Assembly: GCA_046714175.1 (NCBI GenBank)
Contig: JBKKBI010000084.1
Coordinates: 26,284-90,283, forward strand
DNA: 64,000 nucleotides
Source of the DNA: Acidimicrobiia bacterium
Lineage (GTDB): Bacteria > Actinomycetota > Acidimicrobiia > Spongiisociales > UBA11373
Reading direction: 5' to 3'
Of this stretch, positions 49,748 through 59,371 are shown one piece after another. The position numbers and the translations under genes were made by a program. The notes under the pieces were generated by a model. That model made no database searches. It was not told where the DNA came from and was given only the letters and a program-made list of their open reading frames with translations. The stretch's first letter is position 1. Each line of letters starts with the position of its first letter.

Positions 49748-50683
49748 ATGCAATGGGCACTGATGACGGAACCGCACACCGGCATGAGCTACGACACCCT
49801 CCTCGCGATGGCGCAGTTCGCCGAACGGTCGGGGCTTGATGCCTTCGCTCGGTCCGATCACTTCTTCGCCGACCGCATCGACCGTCCCAATGCGACCGAC
49901 GCCTTCGCGACGCTCGCCGGGCTGGCGCGGGACACGAACCGCGTCGAACTGGTGGTGCTGGTGAGCCCCATCACATTCCGTCACCCCGGTGTGATTGCCA
50001 AGTCCGCGGCGACGATCGATGAGATGTCGGCCGGCCGGTTTGCCCTCGGCGTAGGCACCGGATGGATGGAGGCCGAGCACGTAAAGTTCGGTCTCCCCTT
50101 CCCGGCCCTGGGAGAGCGCTTCGCCCGCTTGGAGGAGTCATTCGCCTACCTGCACCACGCACTGGGCCGCGCCTCCGGTCCTTACGCCGGGGACTACTAC
50201 GCCCTCGAGAACTCCGACGTGTATCCCCGACGGCCCGGAGTCCGTCTGATCGTCGGCGGGACCGGGGAGCGGCGCACTCCCCGCCTCGCCGGGACGTACG
50301 GGGACGAGTACAACTTCACCCTTCGCCCGGAAGCCGACCCGAAAGTGCGCATTGGCCGGGTGCGGGCGGCCGCGGAACGCGCCGGACGCGATCCCGGGTC
50401 GATCACTCTCTCGGTGATGACCCAGGTCGTGACCGGGGAGACCCCGCCCGAGTTCGCCCGCAATTTGGCCCGCGTGGCGGCCGCCGATCCCTGGGGTTCC
50501 GATCCCACCACCATCGAAAAGCACCATCGCGGCCGCGGCCTCCCCATCGGCACCGGGCCCGAGGTTCGGGAGCGCATCGCCCAGATCGCCGCCCTGGGCG
50601 TCTCCCGGATCTACGTCCAGCACTTCGGTCCCTATGAGACGGACTTGCTCGAGGAGACCTTCGGAGTGTTGCGCGGCGAGTGA
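49748..50683 (+). CDS. LLM class (luciferase-like) F420-dependent oxidoreductase
   Basis: A TIM-barrel LLM family protein (FARSDHFF, LGVGTGW). Consistent with the cofD/cofE genes in the window. Confidence 0.75.
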   Translation: MQWALMTEPHTGMSYDTLLAMAQFAERSGLDAFARSDHFFADRIDRPNATDAFATLAGLARDTNRVELVVLVSPITFRHPGVIAKSAATIDEMSAGRFALGVGTGWMEAEHVKFGLPFPALGERFARLEESFAYLHHALGRASGPYAGDYYALENSDVYPRRPGVRLIVGGTGERRTPRLAGTYGDEYNFTLRPEADPKVRIGRVRAAAERAGRDPGSITLSVMTQVVTGETPPEFARNLARVAAADPWGSDPTTIEKHHRGRGLPIGTGPEVRERIAQIAALGVSRIYVQHFGPYETDLLEETFGVLRGE

Positions 50684-50823
50684 GATAACAGATAACAGAT
50701 AACAGATAACAGATAACAGATAACAGATAACAGACAGCAGGCAGCAGGCAGCAGACAGCAGACAGCAGACCAATCGATCGAGTCCGGCATCCGATATCCG
50801 GCATCCGGCATCCGATATCCGGT
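50684..50823. repeat. Phased heptanucleotide tandem array, 20 units: GATAACA x6, GACAGCA, GGCAGCA x2, GACAGCA x2, GACCAAT, CGATCGA, GTCCGGC, ATCCGAT, ATCCGGC x2, ATCCGAT, ATCCGGT, ATCCGGC. It begins directly after the TGA of the LLM gene.
   Basis: Read directly. It runs 140 nt in a single 7-nt phase and is the largest of five such loci. Confidence 0.95.
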
Positions 50824-50869
50824 ATCCGGCACTTGGGTACCACTCCGGAGCCTCTTATCCTTCCCTCCC

Positions 50870-51625
50870 GTGCCCGCAACCCCCCTGCTCGTCATCGACG
50901 ACCTCCACGCCGCCGCTGCTGGGGTCCCGATCCTGCGTGGGGTCGATCTCACGATCGAACCCGGGGAAACCCACGCCCTGATGGGTCCGAACGGCTCGGG
51001 CAAGTCCACCCTGGGCAATGTCCTGATGGGACACCCCGGGTATCAGGTCATGTCGGGGCGGATCCTGTTCAAGGGGGAAGATGTCACCACCTGGACCCCG
51101 GATGCCCGGGGGCGCGCCGGCATGTTCCTTGCCTTCCAGTACCCCGAAGAGATCCCCGGAGTGACCGTGGTGAACTTTCTCCGCACCGCGCTGTCGAATC
51201 GTACGGGCACGGAGTACACCGTCCTCGAGCTCCGCCTCAAGGTGGCGGACACCATGAAGACGCTCGGCATTGACGCCGGGTTTGCCGACCGCTACTTGAA
51301 CGAAGGCTTCTCCGGGGGCGAGCGCAAGCGGAACGAGGTACTGCAAATGGCGGTACTCGAACCCGAGCTGGCGATCATGGACGAGACCGACTCCGGCCTG
51401 GACGTGGATGCACTCAGGATCGTCGCCGAGGGGGTCACCCGACTGCAGTCGCCGACCCGCGGTTTCCTCGTCATCACTCACTATCAGCGGCTCCTCGAGT
51501 ACATCACTCCCGACCGCGTGCACGTGTTTGTCGCCGGACGAATCGTCGAGTCGGGGGGTGAGGAGTTGGCCCGCCGCATCGAGCTCGAGGGCTACGACAC
51601 CTTCCGCATCGGAACCGGGTCGTGA
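50870..51625 (+). CDS. sufC: Fe-S cluster assembly ATPase SufC (copy 1)
   Basis: Walker A GPNGSGKST, the ABC signature LNEGFSGGERKR, and the SufC-type C-terminus. The start codon is GTG. Confidence 0.85.
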   Translation: MPATPLLVIDDLHAAAAGVPILRGVDLTIEPGETHALMGPNGSGKSTLGNVLMGHPGYQVMSGRILFKGEDVTTWTPDARGRAGMFLAFQYPEEIPGVTVVNFLRTALSNRTGTEYTVLELRLKVADTMKTLGIDAGFADRYLNEGFSGGERKRNEVLQMAVLEPELAIMDETDSGLDVDALRIVAEGVTRLQSPTRGFLVITHYQRLLEYITPDRVHVFVAGRIVESGGEELARRIELEGYDTFRIGTGS

Positions 51626-51821
51626 CAAGCACCGCTCCCACCTACCCGCAAGGGGATTTCCGGTTGCCGGTTTCCAGTTGCCGGGTCTTGGCAGTGGGCG
51701 CACCTCGGCGCGGCTCTCGCCCATCTCTCGTCGGCCATCGCCACGCGTCCGGCGAGTTCTGCATTGCGCATTGTGAATGGCGCCCGGTCACTGCCATTGG
51801 ACTGTCGCGCCAGGTGGCAGC

Positions 51822-53054
51822 GTGAAGACCGACCTCTCCCACCTCCGCGCCGACTTCCCCATCCTGAGCCGCGAGGTCAACGGCAAGCCGCTCGTCTATT
51901 TGGACAGCGCCGCCACGACCCAGAAGCCGTTACAGGTCCTCGAGGCGATGGATGACTACTACCGATTGCACAACGCCAACGTTCACCGCGGCGCCTACCG
52001 CCTGGCGGAGGAGGCGACCGGGCTGTACGAAGGAGCCCGGAACAAGGTGGCCCGGTTCATCAACGCCGCCGCGCCCGAAGAGCTGGTGTTTACCCGCGGT
52101 ACCACTTCCAGCATCAATGCCATCGCCTACGGCTGGGGGTTGTATCACCTGCGGCCGGGGGATCGCATCGTCCTCACCACAATGGAGCACCACGCCAACA
52201 TCGTGCCGTGGCAACTGATCACCCGCCACACCGGTGCCGAGCTGGTCTATCTGCCGTTGGGTGTGGACTTTCTGGTCGACGTCTCCGCGCTGGACGCCAT
52301 CGTCGATGAGAGGGTGAAGATCGTCGCCGTTTCCGGAATGTCGAACGTCCTCGGGTCGATCGGTCCGCTCACCGCCGCGGTGGCGGCGGCCCGTGCTGTG
52401 GGGGCAATAACTGTTGTCGATGCCGCCCAGCTTGTCCCGCACCATCCCACCGACGTGCAGGCGCTAGGCGCCGATTTCGTCGCCTTCAGCGCTCACAAGA
52501 TGCTGGGGCCCACCGGCATCGGGGCGCTGTGGGGCAGGCGCGATCGACTGGAGGAGATGGAACCCGCCGAAGGCGGCGGAGAGATGATTCGCGACGTACA
52601 ACTCCATGCCTCGACATGGGCCGACCTCCCCCACAAGTTCGAAGCAGGAACCCCCCCGATCGCCGAGGCGGTGGGCTTCGGAGCAGCCGTGGACTATCTC
52701 GCGGCCGTCGGAATGGACAATGTGCGTCGCCACGAGCAGGAACTCACCCGCTATGCGCTCGATCGGTTGGCGGAGATCCCCGACCTCAAGGTCTACGGTC
52801 CCACCGACACCGCGCTCCGCGGGGGCGCCGTCTCATTCACGCTGGCGGACATCCATCCCCACGATCTGGCGACGATCCTCGACCAGGAAGGCGTGGCGGT
52901 GCGGGCAGGTCACCACTGCGCCAAGCCGCTGATGCGGCACCTCGATGTCGCGGCAACTGCCCGCGCCTCGTTCTACATGTACAACGTGCCGGAGGAAGTG
53001 GACATCCTGGTAAAGGCACTGCATGAGGCGAGGAGGCTGTTCGGTGTCGCTTGA
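51822..53054 (+). CDS. sufS: Cysteine desulfurase SufS (class V aminotransferase, group II)
   Basis: YLDSAATTQKP, the PLP-Lys region SAHKMLGPTGIG, and the active-site Cys in HHCAKP. GTG start at 51822. Confidence 0.85.
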   Translation: MKTDLSHLRADFPILSREVNGKPLVYLDSAATTQKPLQVLEAMDDYYRLHNANVHRGAYRLAEEATGLYEGARNKVARFINAAAPEELVFTRGTTSSINAIAYGWGLYHLRPGDRIVLTTMEHHANIVPWQLITRHTGAELVYLPLGVDFLVDVSALDAIVDERVKIVAVSGMSNVLGSIGPLTAAVAAARAVGAITVVDAAQLVPHHPTDVQALGADFVAFSAHKMLGPTGIGALWGRRDRLEEMEPAEGGGEMIRDVQLHASTWADLPHKFEAGTPPIAEAVGFGAAVDYLAAVGMDNVRRHEQELTRYALDRLAEIPDLKVYGPTDTALRGGAVSFTLADIHPHDLATILDQEGVAVRAGHHCAKPLMRHLDVAATARASFYMYNVPEEVDILVKALHEARRLFGVA

Positions 53055-53547
53055 TGAGTTGTATCGGCAGGTCATCCTCGACCATTACCGCACCCCGCGG
53101 CGCTCCGGGCGGCTGGCCGCTCCGACCGCGCACGCTGATGGCACCAACCCATTGTGCGGCGACGAGATCGCGCTGGACCTGGTGGTGGCGGACGGCAAGG
53201 TGACCGACGCCGCGGTCACCGGGCGGGGATGTTCGATCAGTCAAGCCTCGGCCTCGATGATGGCAGACCGAATCGTGGGCCTGACCCTGGCGGAAGTCGA
53301 TGAGCTCATCCACCGCATCAAGCGCCTGCTCGCCATCGAGGAGGGAGACCCCGGGCTGGATCCAGAGCGTCCCGGCGCGACCCTCGGCGACCTGGAGTCA
53401 CTCGCCGGCGTGCGCCGCTTTCCGGTGCGGGTGAAGTGCGCCGATCTCCCCTGGACCACGCTGGAACAGGCGCTGTCGGAAACGGGCAATCGGCTATCCC
53501 CGGGATCCGGATTCGGAACGGCACCAGCCACCAGACCTAGCCGCTGA
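53044..53547 (+). CDS. sufU: SufU/IscU-like sulfur acceptor scaffold protein
   Basis: SLDELYRQVILDHYRTPRR, NPLCGDEI and GRGCSISQASASMM motifs. The GTG start overlaps the sufS stop; an ATG at 53023 is an alternative. Confidence 0.8.
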   Translation: MSLDELYRQVILDHYRTPRRSGRLAAPTAHADGTNPLCGDEIALDLVVADGKVTDAAVTGRGCSISQASASMMADRIVGLTLAEVDELIHRIKRLLAIEEGDPGLDPERPGATLGDLESLAGVRRFPVRVKCADLPWTTLEQALSETGNRLSPGSGFGTAPATRPSR

Positions 53548-53609
53548 CCGTGCATTGCCGCGCCGAAATAGGTGCAACAGAATCTGCCGCACCGGGGTTG
53601 TGACTCCAC

Positions 53610-54515
53610 ATGACGACCGGAACGCGGACCGCTCTCACCGGCCAGGGCACCCATACCGAAGCCTTCGCCGCCCGAGACTGGACACTGCTTGCCGGCATCG
53701 CATTGATCTGGGGATCGTCGTTCCTCTTCATGGCGATCGGCCTCGATCACTTCGAACCGGGCGTGGTCACCCTCGCACGACTGGTGCTCGGTGCGGGAGC
53801 ACTCGCCCTCGTTCCCGCAGCTCGAACCCGTATCGACCCCGTGGATCGGATGCGAGTGGCAGCTCTCGGGATCGTATGGATGGCCATTCCGCTATCGCTG
53901 TTTCCCATCGCCCAACAATGGATCGACTCATCGGTGGCGGGAATGATCAACGGCGCGGTCCCGATCACGACCGCGGCCTGGGCCACCCTGTTGATGCGCC
54001 GTCTACCCGGCCGCAAACAACTGCTGGGGATCACTATCGGGTTCGCCGGAATGGTGGCGATTTTTCTTCCTGAGCTCAGCGACTCCAGCGCAACGGCGCT
54101 CGGCACCGTGCTGCTACTCCTCGCGATCACGGGTTACGGATTGTCCTCCAACATGGCGGTGCCCCTGCAGCAACGCTACGGCGCCGCCCCGGTTCTGCTC
54201 CGAGCGCAATTGGCTGCACTGGTGGTGGTAGCGCCTATCGGACTACTGCAACTGGGCTCCTCGTCATGGGCCTGGGACTCAGCGCTGGCGATGGTGCCCC
54301 TCGGTGTGCTCGGCACCGGCCTGGCTCTGGTATTGATGACCAACTTGGTTGGCCGGGTGGGCAGCACCCGTGGTTCGGTGGCGATCTACTTCGTGCCGAT
54401 AGTGGCGATCATCCTCGGGGTGGTAGTGCGCGACGAGGCGATTCACCCCATCGCCCTGGTGGGAATGCTCCTGGTGCTCATCGGAGCCTGGGTGACGTCG
54501 CGACGCGAGAGCTAG
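53610..54515 (+). CDS. DMT (EamA-like) family transporter
   Basis: A 301-aa protein with 10 TM helices. Confidence 0.65.
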   Translation: MTTGTRTALTGQGTHTEAFAARDWTLLAGIALIWGSSFLFMAIGLDHFEPGVVTLARLVLGAGALALVPAARTRIDPVDRMRVAALGIVWMAIPLSLFPIAQQWIDSSVAGMINGAVPITTAAWATLLMRRLPGRKQLLGITIGFAGMVAIFLPELSDSSATALGTVLLLLAITGYGLSSNMAVPLQQRYGAAPVLLRAQLAALVVVAPIGLLQLGSSSWAWDSALAMVPLGVLGTGLALVLMTNLVGRVGSTRGSVAIYFVPIVAIILGVVVRDEAIHPIALVGMLLVLIGAWVTSRRES

Positions 54516-54635
54516 CGCCACGACCCGCGATCGCCAGCGAACCCAGTCGGCTCTGGCTGAGGAGGCAGGGTGCATTCAGCGACCGGCTGGCCATCGCCGC
54601 ACGCCATCGCGGTCGGGCCAATAGCCAACCGCGAC

Positions 54636-56024
54636 CTACTCCGCCACCCCGCCTTCGGTCATCGGATAGAGGTCGAGAAGGCGATCGAGTTCGGCCGCGG
54701 GCAGGCCGGTGACCTCGAGGGCCACCTCCCGCACCCCTTTTCCAGTGGCGAACGCCTTGTGGGCGATCTCTGCGGCCTTGTCGTATCCGATCTTGGGCGC
54801 CAGCGCGGTGACGATCGTGATGTTCTGGTCGAGCAGCATGGCAGCCCGCTCCGTATTCGCCTGCAACCCCTCCACGCATCTCTCGCGAAAGGCATCGGAC
54901 ACCGCTCCGATCAGCTCGGCGGCTTCGATCAGATTGTGGGCCAACACCGGCATCATCACGTTCAGCTCGAAGTTGCCGTTGGCGCCCGCCCAGGCGATCG
55001 CGGTGTCGTTGCCGATCACCTGGGCGACGACCTGCATCACCGACTCAGCCATCACGGGATTGACCTTCCCCGGCATGATCGACGAGCCCGGCTGAGTGGC
55101 GGGAAGGCTCAGCTCGCCGATGGCGGTGCGTGGTCCCGATCCGAGCCAGCGAATGTCGTTGGCCACCTTGAAGAGGGACACAGCAACCGTCTTGAGAGCG
55201 GCGCTGGCGAATACGGCCGCGTCTTTGGAAGCCTGCGCTTCGAAGTGGTTGTCCGCTTCGCGAAACGGATATCCGGTGCGCGCGGCGAGTTGAGCGATTA
55301 CCGCCGCGGCAAATCCGGGCGGCGAATTGATCCCGGTGCCGACCGCGGTCCCGCCCAGCGCGAGCTCCTCGAGTCCGGGCAGGACCAGCTGGAGTCGCTG
55401 CACTCCGAGTCGCACCTGGGCGGCGTATCCGCTGAACTCCTGGCCGAGCCGTATCGGAGTGGCATCCATGAGGTGGGTGCGCCCCGCCTTGACGATGGGG
55501 TCGAACTCGGTGGCCTTGGCCTCGAGCGCCGCGGCAAGTCGGGACAGGGCCGGAATGGTGTCCTCCCGGATCGCCGTCACTGCGGCCACATGGATAGCCG
55601 TCGGGATCACGTCGTTGGACGATTGGCCGGCGTTGACGTGGTCGTTGGGATGGACCTTCTCGCTCCCCCGAGGTTCACCGAGCAACTCGCCGGCCCGATT
55701 GGCGATGACCTCGTTGGCATTCATGTTGGATGACGTCCCCGACCCGGTCTGGAATACGTCGAGAACGAACTGGGCATCGTGGACACCGGCTACGACCTCA
55801 TCGGCCGCGCTTCGGATCGCCGCCGCGATGTCCGCTGCCACGATCCCCCGGCGCCCGTTCTCCTCCGCGGCCGCCGACTTGATGAGACCGAGAGCCGCGA
55901 TCATGCGGCGGCCCAGCCGGAGCCCGGAGATGGGGAAGTTCTCCACTGCCCGCTGGGTCGAGGCGCCGTAATATGCGTCGTCGGGCACCTGCATCTCACC
56001 CATCGAGTCACGTTCGATTCGCAT
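54636..56024 (-). CDS. fumC: Class II fumarate hydratase / aspartate ammonia-lyase family enzyme (likely FumC)
   Basis: The GSSIMPGKVNP signature. The start is taken at the internal ATG 56024 (MRIERDSMGEMQVP). The upstream 66 codons of the listed ORF are rejected. Confidence 0.8.
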   Translation of the reverse strand: MRIERDSMGEMQVPDDAYYGASTQRAVENFPISGLRLGRRMIAALGLIKSAAAEENGRRGIVAADIAAAIRSAADEVVAGVHDAQFVLDVFQTGSGTSSNMNANEVIANRAGELLGEPRGSEKVHPNDHVNAGQSSNDVIPTAIHVAAVTAIREDTIPALSRLAAALEAKATEFDPIVKAGRTHLMDATPIRLGQEFSGYAAQVRLGVQRLQLVLPGLEELALGGTAVGTGINSPPGFAAAVIAQLAARTGYPFREADNHFEAQASKDAAVFASAALKTVAVSLFKVANDIRWLGSGPRTAIGELSLPATQPGSSIMPGKVNPVMAESVMQVVAQVIGNDTAIAWAGANGNFELNVMMPVLAHNLIEAAELIGAVSDAFRERCVEGLQANTERAAMLLDQNITIVTALAPKIGYDKAAEIAHKAFATGKGVREVALEVTGLPAAELDRLLDLYPMTEGGVAE

Positions 56025-56094
56025 GCCGCCGCTCCTTCGCGCTGAGCTCAGGGTAGGCCGAGCACACCGGTGCGGGCCGGGACCATTAGGCCGG

Positions 56095-56853
56095 TCACAG
56101 GCCCCTGAGGAATGAGTCGGTTTCGGGGACGACCCCATCGCGGTCGCGGCGCATCCCGTCATAACCCTCGGCGTCGAGGCGGTCTGCCAGGCTCCGGTCC
56201 CCGGAGGCGACGATCTGGCCATCGAGCATCACATGTACCCGATCCACTTCCAGATGGCGCAGCACCCGGGTGTAGTGGGTGATGACCAGGATGCCCAGCC
56301 GCGGACTGCGCATCGCCTGGACCGCTTCCGCGGCCTGGCGCACCGCGTCGACGTCGAGCCCCGAGTCCAGCTCGTCGAGGATCGCCATGCGCGGGCCGAG
56401 GGCGAGGAGTTGCGTCATCTCGGATCGCTTCTTTTCTCCCCCGGATAGACCGACGTTGACCGCCCGGTCGAGGAACTCTGCGGTGTCGAGACGAGCGGTC
56501 GCCAACTCGGCGCGGGCCGCCACGCCATCACCACCCGCCGCCGCCATCTCCGCCAGCAGTTCGGCGAGGGTGACCCCCGGGATCTCGACCGGATACTGGA
56601 ACACCTCGAACAGGCCGGCTGTGGCTCGGCTGGCCACATCGAGGCCAAGCAGGTCGACACCACCCACCGTTGCCACCCCCGTTGCCGCGTACCCGGGACG
56701 CCCCATCAGCGCGTGGCACAGCGTCGACTTCCCCGATCCATTGGGACCCATAAGGACGTGCAACTCCCCAAACGGCACGTCGAGATCCACCGCCTTCAGA
56801 ATGTGCAGATCCCCGAGCCGCACGTCCAAGCCGGAAACGTGCAGGGCGTTCAC
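56095..56853 (-). CDS. sufC: Fe-S cluster assembly ATPase SufC (copy 2, divergent paralog)
   Basis: Walker A GPNGSGKST and signature LSGGEKKR. Its start overlaps the Rieske gene stop (ATGA). It is only ~45% identical to copy 1 by eye. Confidence 0.85.
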   Translation of the reverse strand: MNALHVSGLDVRLGDLHILKAVDLDVPFGELHVLMGPNGSGKSTLCHALMGRPGYAATGVATVGGVDLLGLDVASRATAGLFEVFQYPVEIPGVTLAELLAEMAAAGGDGVAARAELATARLDTAEFLDRAVNVGLSGGEKKRSEMTQLLALGPRMAILDELDSGLDVDAVRQAAEAVQAMRSPRLGILVITHYTRVLRHLEVDRVHVMLDGQIVASGDRSLADRLDAEGYDGMRRDRDGVVPETDSFLRGL

Positions 56854-57188
56854 GCCGACTCCTCGTCCTCGGCGACTGGTTCGAGTGTGGTGAACACCTC
56901 ATCACCGGCGATCTCGATCTCGTAGCGCCCCACCGGCCGCGTGGCGGGAAGCGACTGCGGGGCCCCGGTGCGAACGTCGAACTCTGAGCCGTGGCGAGGA
57001 CACTCGACGGTGTGATCGAACAGTTCCCCGTCGGCCAGAGATGCTTCGGCGTGGCTGCACTGATCCCCGATGGCGTACACCGAGTCGCCGATGCGGAAGA
57101 CGGCGATGCGGTGCCCTTCCACCGAGATGCGAACCCCGCGCCCCATGGGTAGTTCGGACAATGCCGCCAGGCGGACCCGGATCATCAC
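56850..57188 (-). CDS. Rieske [2Fe-2S] ferredoxin-like protein of the suf operon
   Basis: The CSH...CPRHG Rieske motifs (CSHAEASL...CPRHGSEF). The internal ATG 57188 overlaps the sufD stop. Confidence 0.75.
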   Translation of the reverse strand: MMIRVRLAALSELPMGRGVRISVEGHRIAVFRIGDSVYAIGDQCSHAEASLADGELFDHTVECPRHGSEFDVRTGAPQSLPATRPVGRYEIEIAGDEVFTTLEPVAEDEESA

Positions 57189-58471
57189 GACTCCACCCGG
57201 GAGTACTTGTCCATCATCGCGGCGCGCAACAACGGTTCGAGCCGACGCTCGCCGAACCGCATCAGCGCCTCCTCGAAGAAGCCCTTCACCTGGAGACGAT
57301 CCGCCCTGGTCTGCTCCAGGCCGCGGCTCATCAGGTAGTAGCGCTGCTCCTCGTCCAGCGGCCCCACCGCCGAGCCATGGCCACACCGGACGTCGTCCGC
57401 AAGGATCTCCAAGTTCGGCACGGAGTGGGCCTCGGCCCCGTCGGAGAGAACCAGATTGCGGTTGGTCTGATGGGCGCTGGTCTTCTGGCCCTCCGGTTCG
57501 ATGCGGATCAACCCGGTGAACACGGAACGGCTATTCCCCGCCACAGCGCCCTTGAGGAACATCGCCGACGTGGTGCCACGAGCGGCGTGGCGCAGGAAGT
57601 AGCGATAGTCAAGGGTTTGCTCCGCGTCGCCGAAGTAGGCCCCGACGATCTCCGCCGCCGACCCGTCGCCGATCAGGTCGACGGTGAGGTGCAGCCGCGA
57701 GTACCGCCCTCCCAACCCCGCCTCGGCCAGACCGACCGTGGCATCCCGGCCGGCGGCATAGTGGTGACGCGCCACGGCCGCGGTGGAGTCGCCCCACTGT
57801 TGTACGACCGTGAGCGCAACCCGAGCCCCGTCACCGGCCGCGATCTCGAACCGCGGCACGACGAGCAGCGGGACTCCATCGGGTGAGCGCTGATGCACCA
57901 CCACGGAAATCTGGGACGATGACCCGGCCACGATGCGCACCCGGGGCATGACCGCCGAATCGGGAGTCACCGCCTGCAGGTCCACCAATACCGGTTCGGT
58001 GGGGCGCTCCCCCTTACCCACCACGATCACAACTCCGTCGGCGGCAAAGGCCTCGTGGAGCGCCTCGAAGCGGTCCGTGATCGGCGGCGGATCGCCTGGC
58101 TCGGAACCATGGTGCCATGACTCCACGCTCACCCCGGGCGCGGATTTGGCGGCAACCGTGTAGCCGTCGACATTCACCGCGACGGCCATGGCCGGGATCG
58201 GAAGGATGGTGGCGAGCGGAGTACCCGGCGCCTCGGGGATCCCGAACTCTCCCAGGTCGACATCGGGATGGACGTAACGCCAGTTCTCGGCGCGTTCCGA
58301 CGGCATCTCCATTGCGGCGAAGGCTTCCCAACCGGCGGCGGCACGCTTGCGATGGCCGCCCTTGATGGCAGCCGTCACGCGGTCGTGAGCAGTTCGATCG
58401 ATGGGGAGCACGGGAGAAAAACCTCGGCTCGACGGAGCTCGCATGGTATCGGTCGCGAGGCCACTACCCAA
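57185..58471 (-). CDS. sufD: SufB/SufD family Fe-S cluster assembly protein (SufD-like)
   Basis: The C-terminal beta-helix region matches SufBD family motifs (HQTNRNLVLSDGAEAHSVPNLEILADDVRCGHGSAVG...YYLMSRGL). The ATG at 58444 is an alternative start. Confidence 0.8.
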   Translation of the reverse strand: MGSGLATDTMRAPSSRGFSPVLPIDRTAHDRVTAAIKGGHRKRAAAGWEAFAAMEMPSERAENWRYVHPDVDLGEFGIPEAPGTPLATILPIPAMAVAVNVDGYTVAAKSAPGVSVESWHHGSEPGDPPPITDRFEALHEAFAADGVVIVVGKGERPTEPVLVDLQAVTPDSAVMPRVRIVAGSSSQISVVVHQRSPDGVPLLVVPRFEIAAGDGARVALTVVQQWGDSTAAVARHHYAAGRDATVGLAEAGLGGRYSRLHLTVDLIGDGSAAEIVGAYFGDAEQTLDYRYFLRHAARGTTSAMFLKGAVAGNSRSVFTGLIRIEPEGQKTSAHQTNRNLVLSDGAEAHSVPNLEILADDVRCGHGSAVGPLDEEQRYYLMSRGLEQTRADRLQVKGFFEEALMRFGERRLEPLLRAAMMDKYSRVES

Positions 58472-59162
58472 GATCGCGGATGACGCGGCGCACGTCGGCC
58501 AACACCGCGTCGAGCATCTCTTCCGTGAGTTTGCCCGTGAAGGTGTTCTGCTGGCTGGGGTGATAGCTGGCGATCACCACCGGTGGCGCCGGTGCGCCCG
58601 GTCGGGGCCCGGGTTCGGCTACCGCGCCGTGAGCGAACCGGGGACGGGGGCGCGGCATCAGGAACCCGGCAGCGGTGTAGAACCGGAGGATTGTCTCCCA
58701 GGCGAGTCCACCGAGGCACAGCACCACTCGGACCCGCGGCAGCAGTGCGATCTCTTCCTCGAGCCAATGCCGGCACTCGGCTCGCTCCGCGGTGGTCGGT
58801 TGGTTGGCGGGCGGAGCGCAGCGCACCGCGGCGGTGATCCAGCAGTCGCGCAGCTGCATCCCGTCATCGCGGTGGGTCGAGACCGGGCGAGTGGCGAATC
58901 CGGCCCGGTGCAGAGCCCGAAACAGCCAGTCCCCCGACCGATCGCCGGTGAACATGCGCCCGGTCCGGTTGGCGCCGTGGGCGGCGGGCGCCAGACCAAC
59001 CACGAGGAGACGAGCGGCAGGGTCGCCAAAACCCGGCACCGGACGCCCCCAATACTCCTCGGTGGTCCACGGCGGGCGGCGATCGCGGGCGACCTGCTCC
59101 CGCCAGGCGACCAGGCGCGGGCAGGCGCGACACGCCACGATCCGGTCCCGCAGATCTTCCAC
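58464..59162 (-). CDS. Uracil-DNA glycosylase, family 4/5-type (Fe-S containing UDG)
   Basis: The N-terminal [10 protein letters not shown] motif and the C-terminal HPSQQN-like motif (ASYHPSQQN). Confidence 0.75.
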   Translation of the reverse strand: MEDLRDRIVACRACPRLVAWREQVARDRRPPWTTEEYWGRPVPGFGDPAARLLVVGLAPAAHGANRTGRMFTGDRSGDWLFRALHRAGFATRPVSTHRDDGMQLRDCWITAAVRCAPPANQPTTAERAECRHWLEEEIALLPRVRVVLCLGGLAWETILRFYTAAGFLMPRPRPRFAHGAVAEPGPRPGAPAPPVVIASYHPSQQNTFTGKLTEEMLDAVLADVRRVIRDLG

Positions 59163-59371
59163 TCGGTCACCCTAGGGTTGGGGACAAGTCCGGGGATTCG
59201 CCTGTGAACAACTCTCCGGGAACCTGCAGGCGGAGCCCCCGCGGGGCCTGCGCGGCGTGGCTGCGGAGGTTCCCACCTACCTGTCCACAGGCCCCTGTGG
59301 ATTGCGGTTGCGGCCCCTTCGCCCCCGGTGATACCGTTGCCGCCGCCCGACCTGCTCGGAAAGGATGCTCT

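Noticed and set aside
50684-50823. CRISPR array or MIRU/VNTR interpretation of the heptamer arrays
   Set aside because: The units are 7 nt with no spacers, so not CRISPR. They are far shorter than MIRU units (40-100 bp). No cas genes are nearby.
50684-50823. Translational read-through or recoding extension of upstream genes into the arrays
   Set aside because: A 7-nt period changes frame each unit, and in-frame stops occur within one to four codons (for example GAT AAC AGA TAA).
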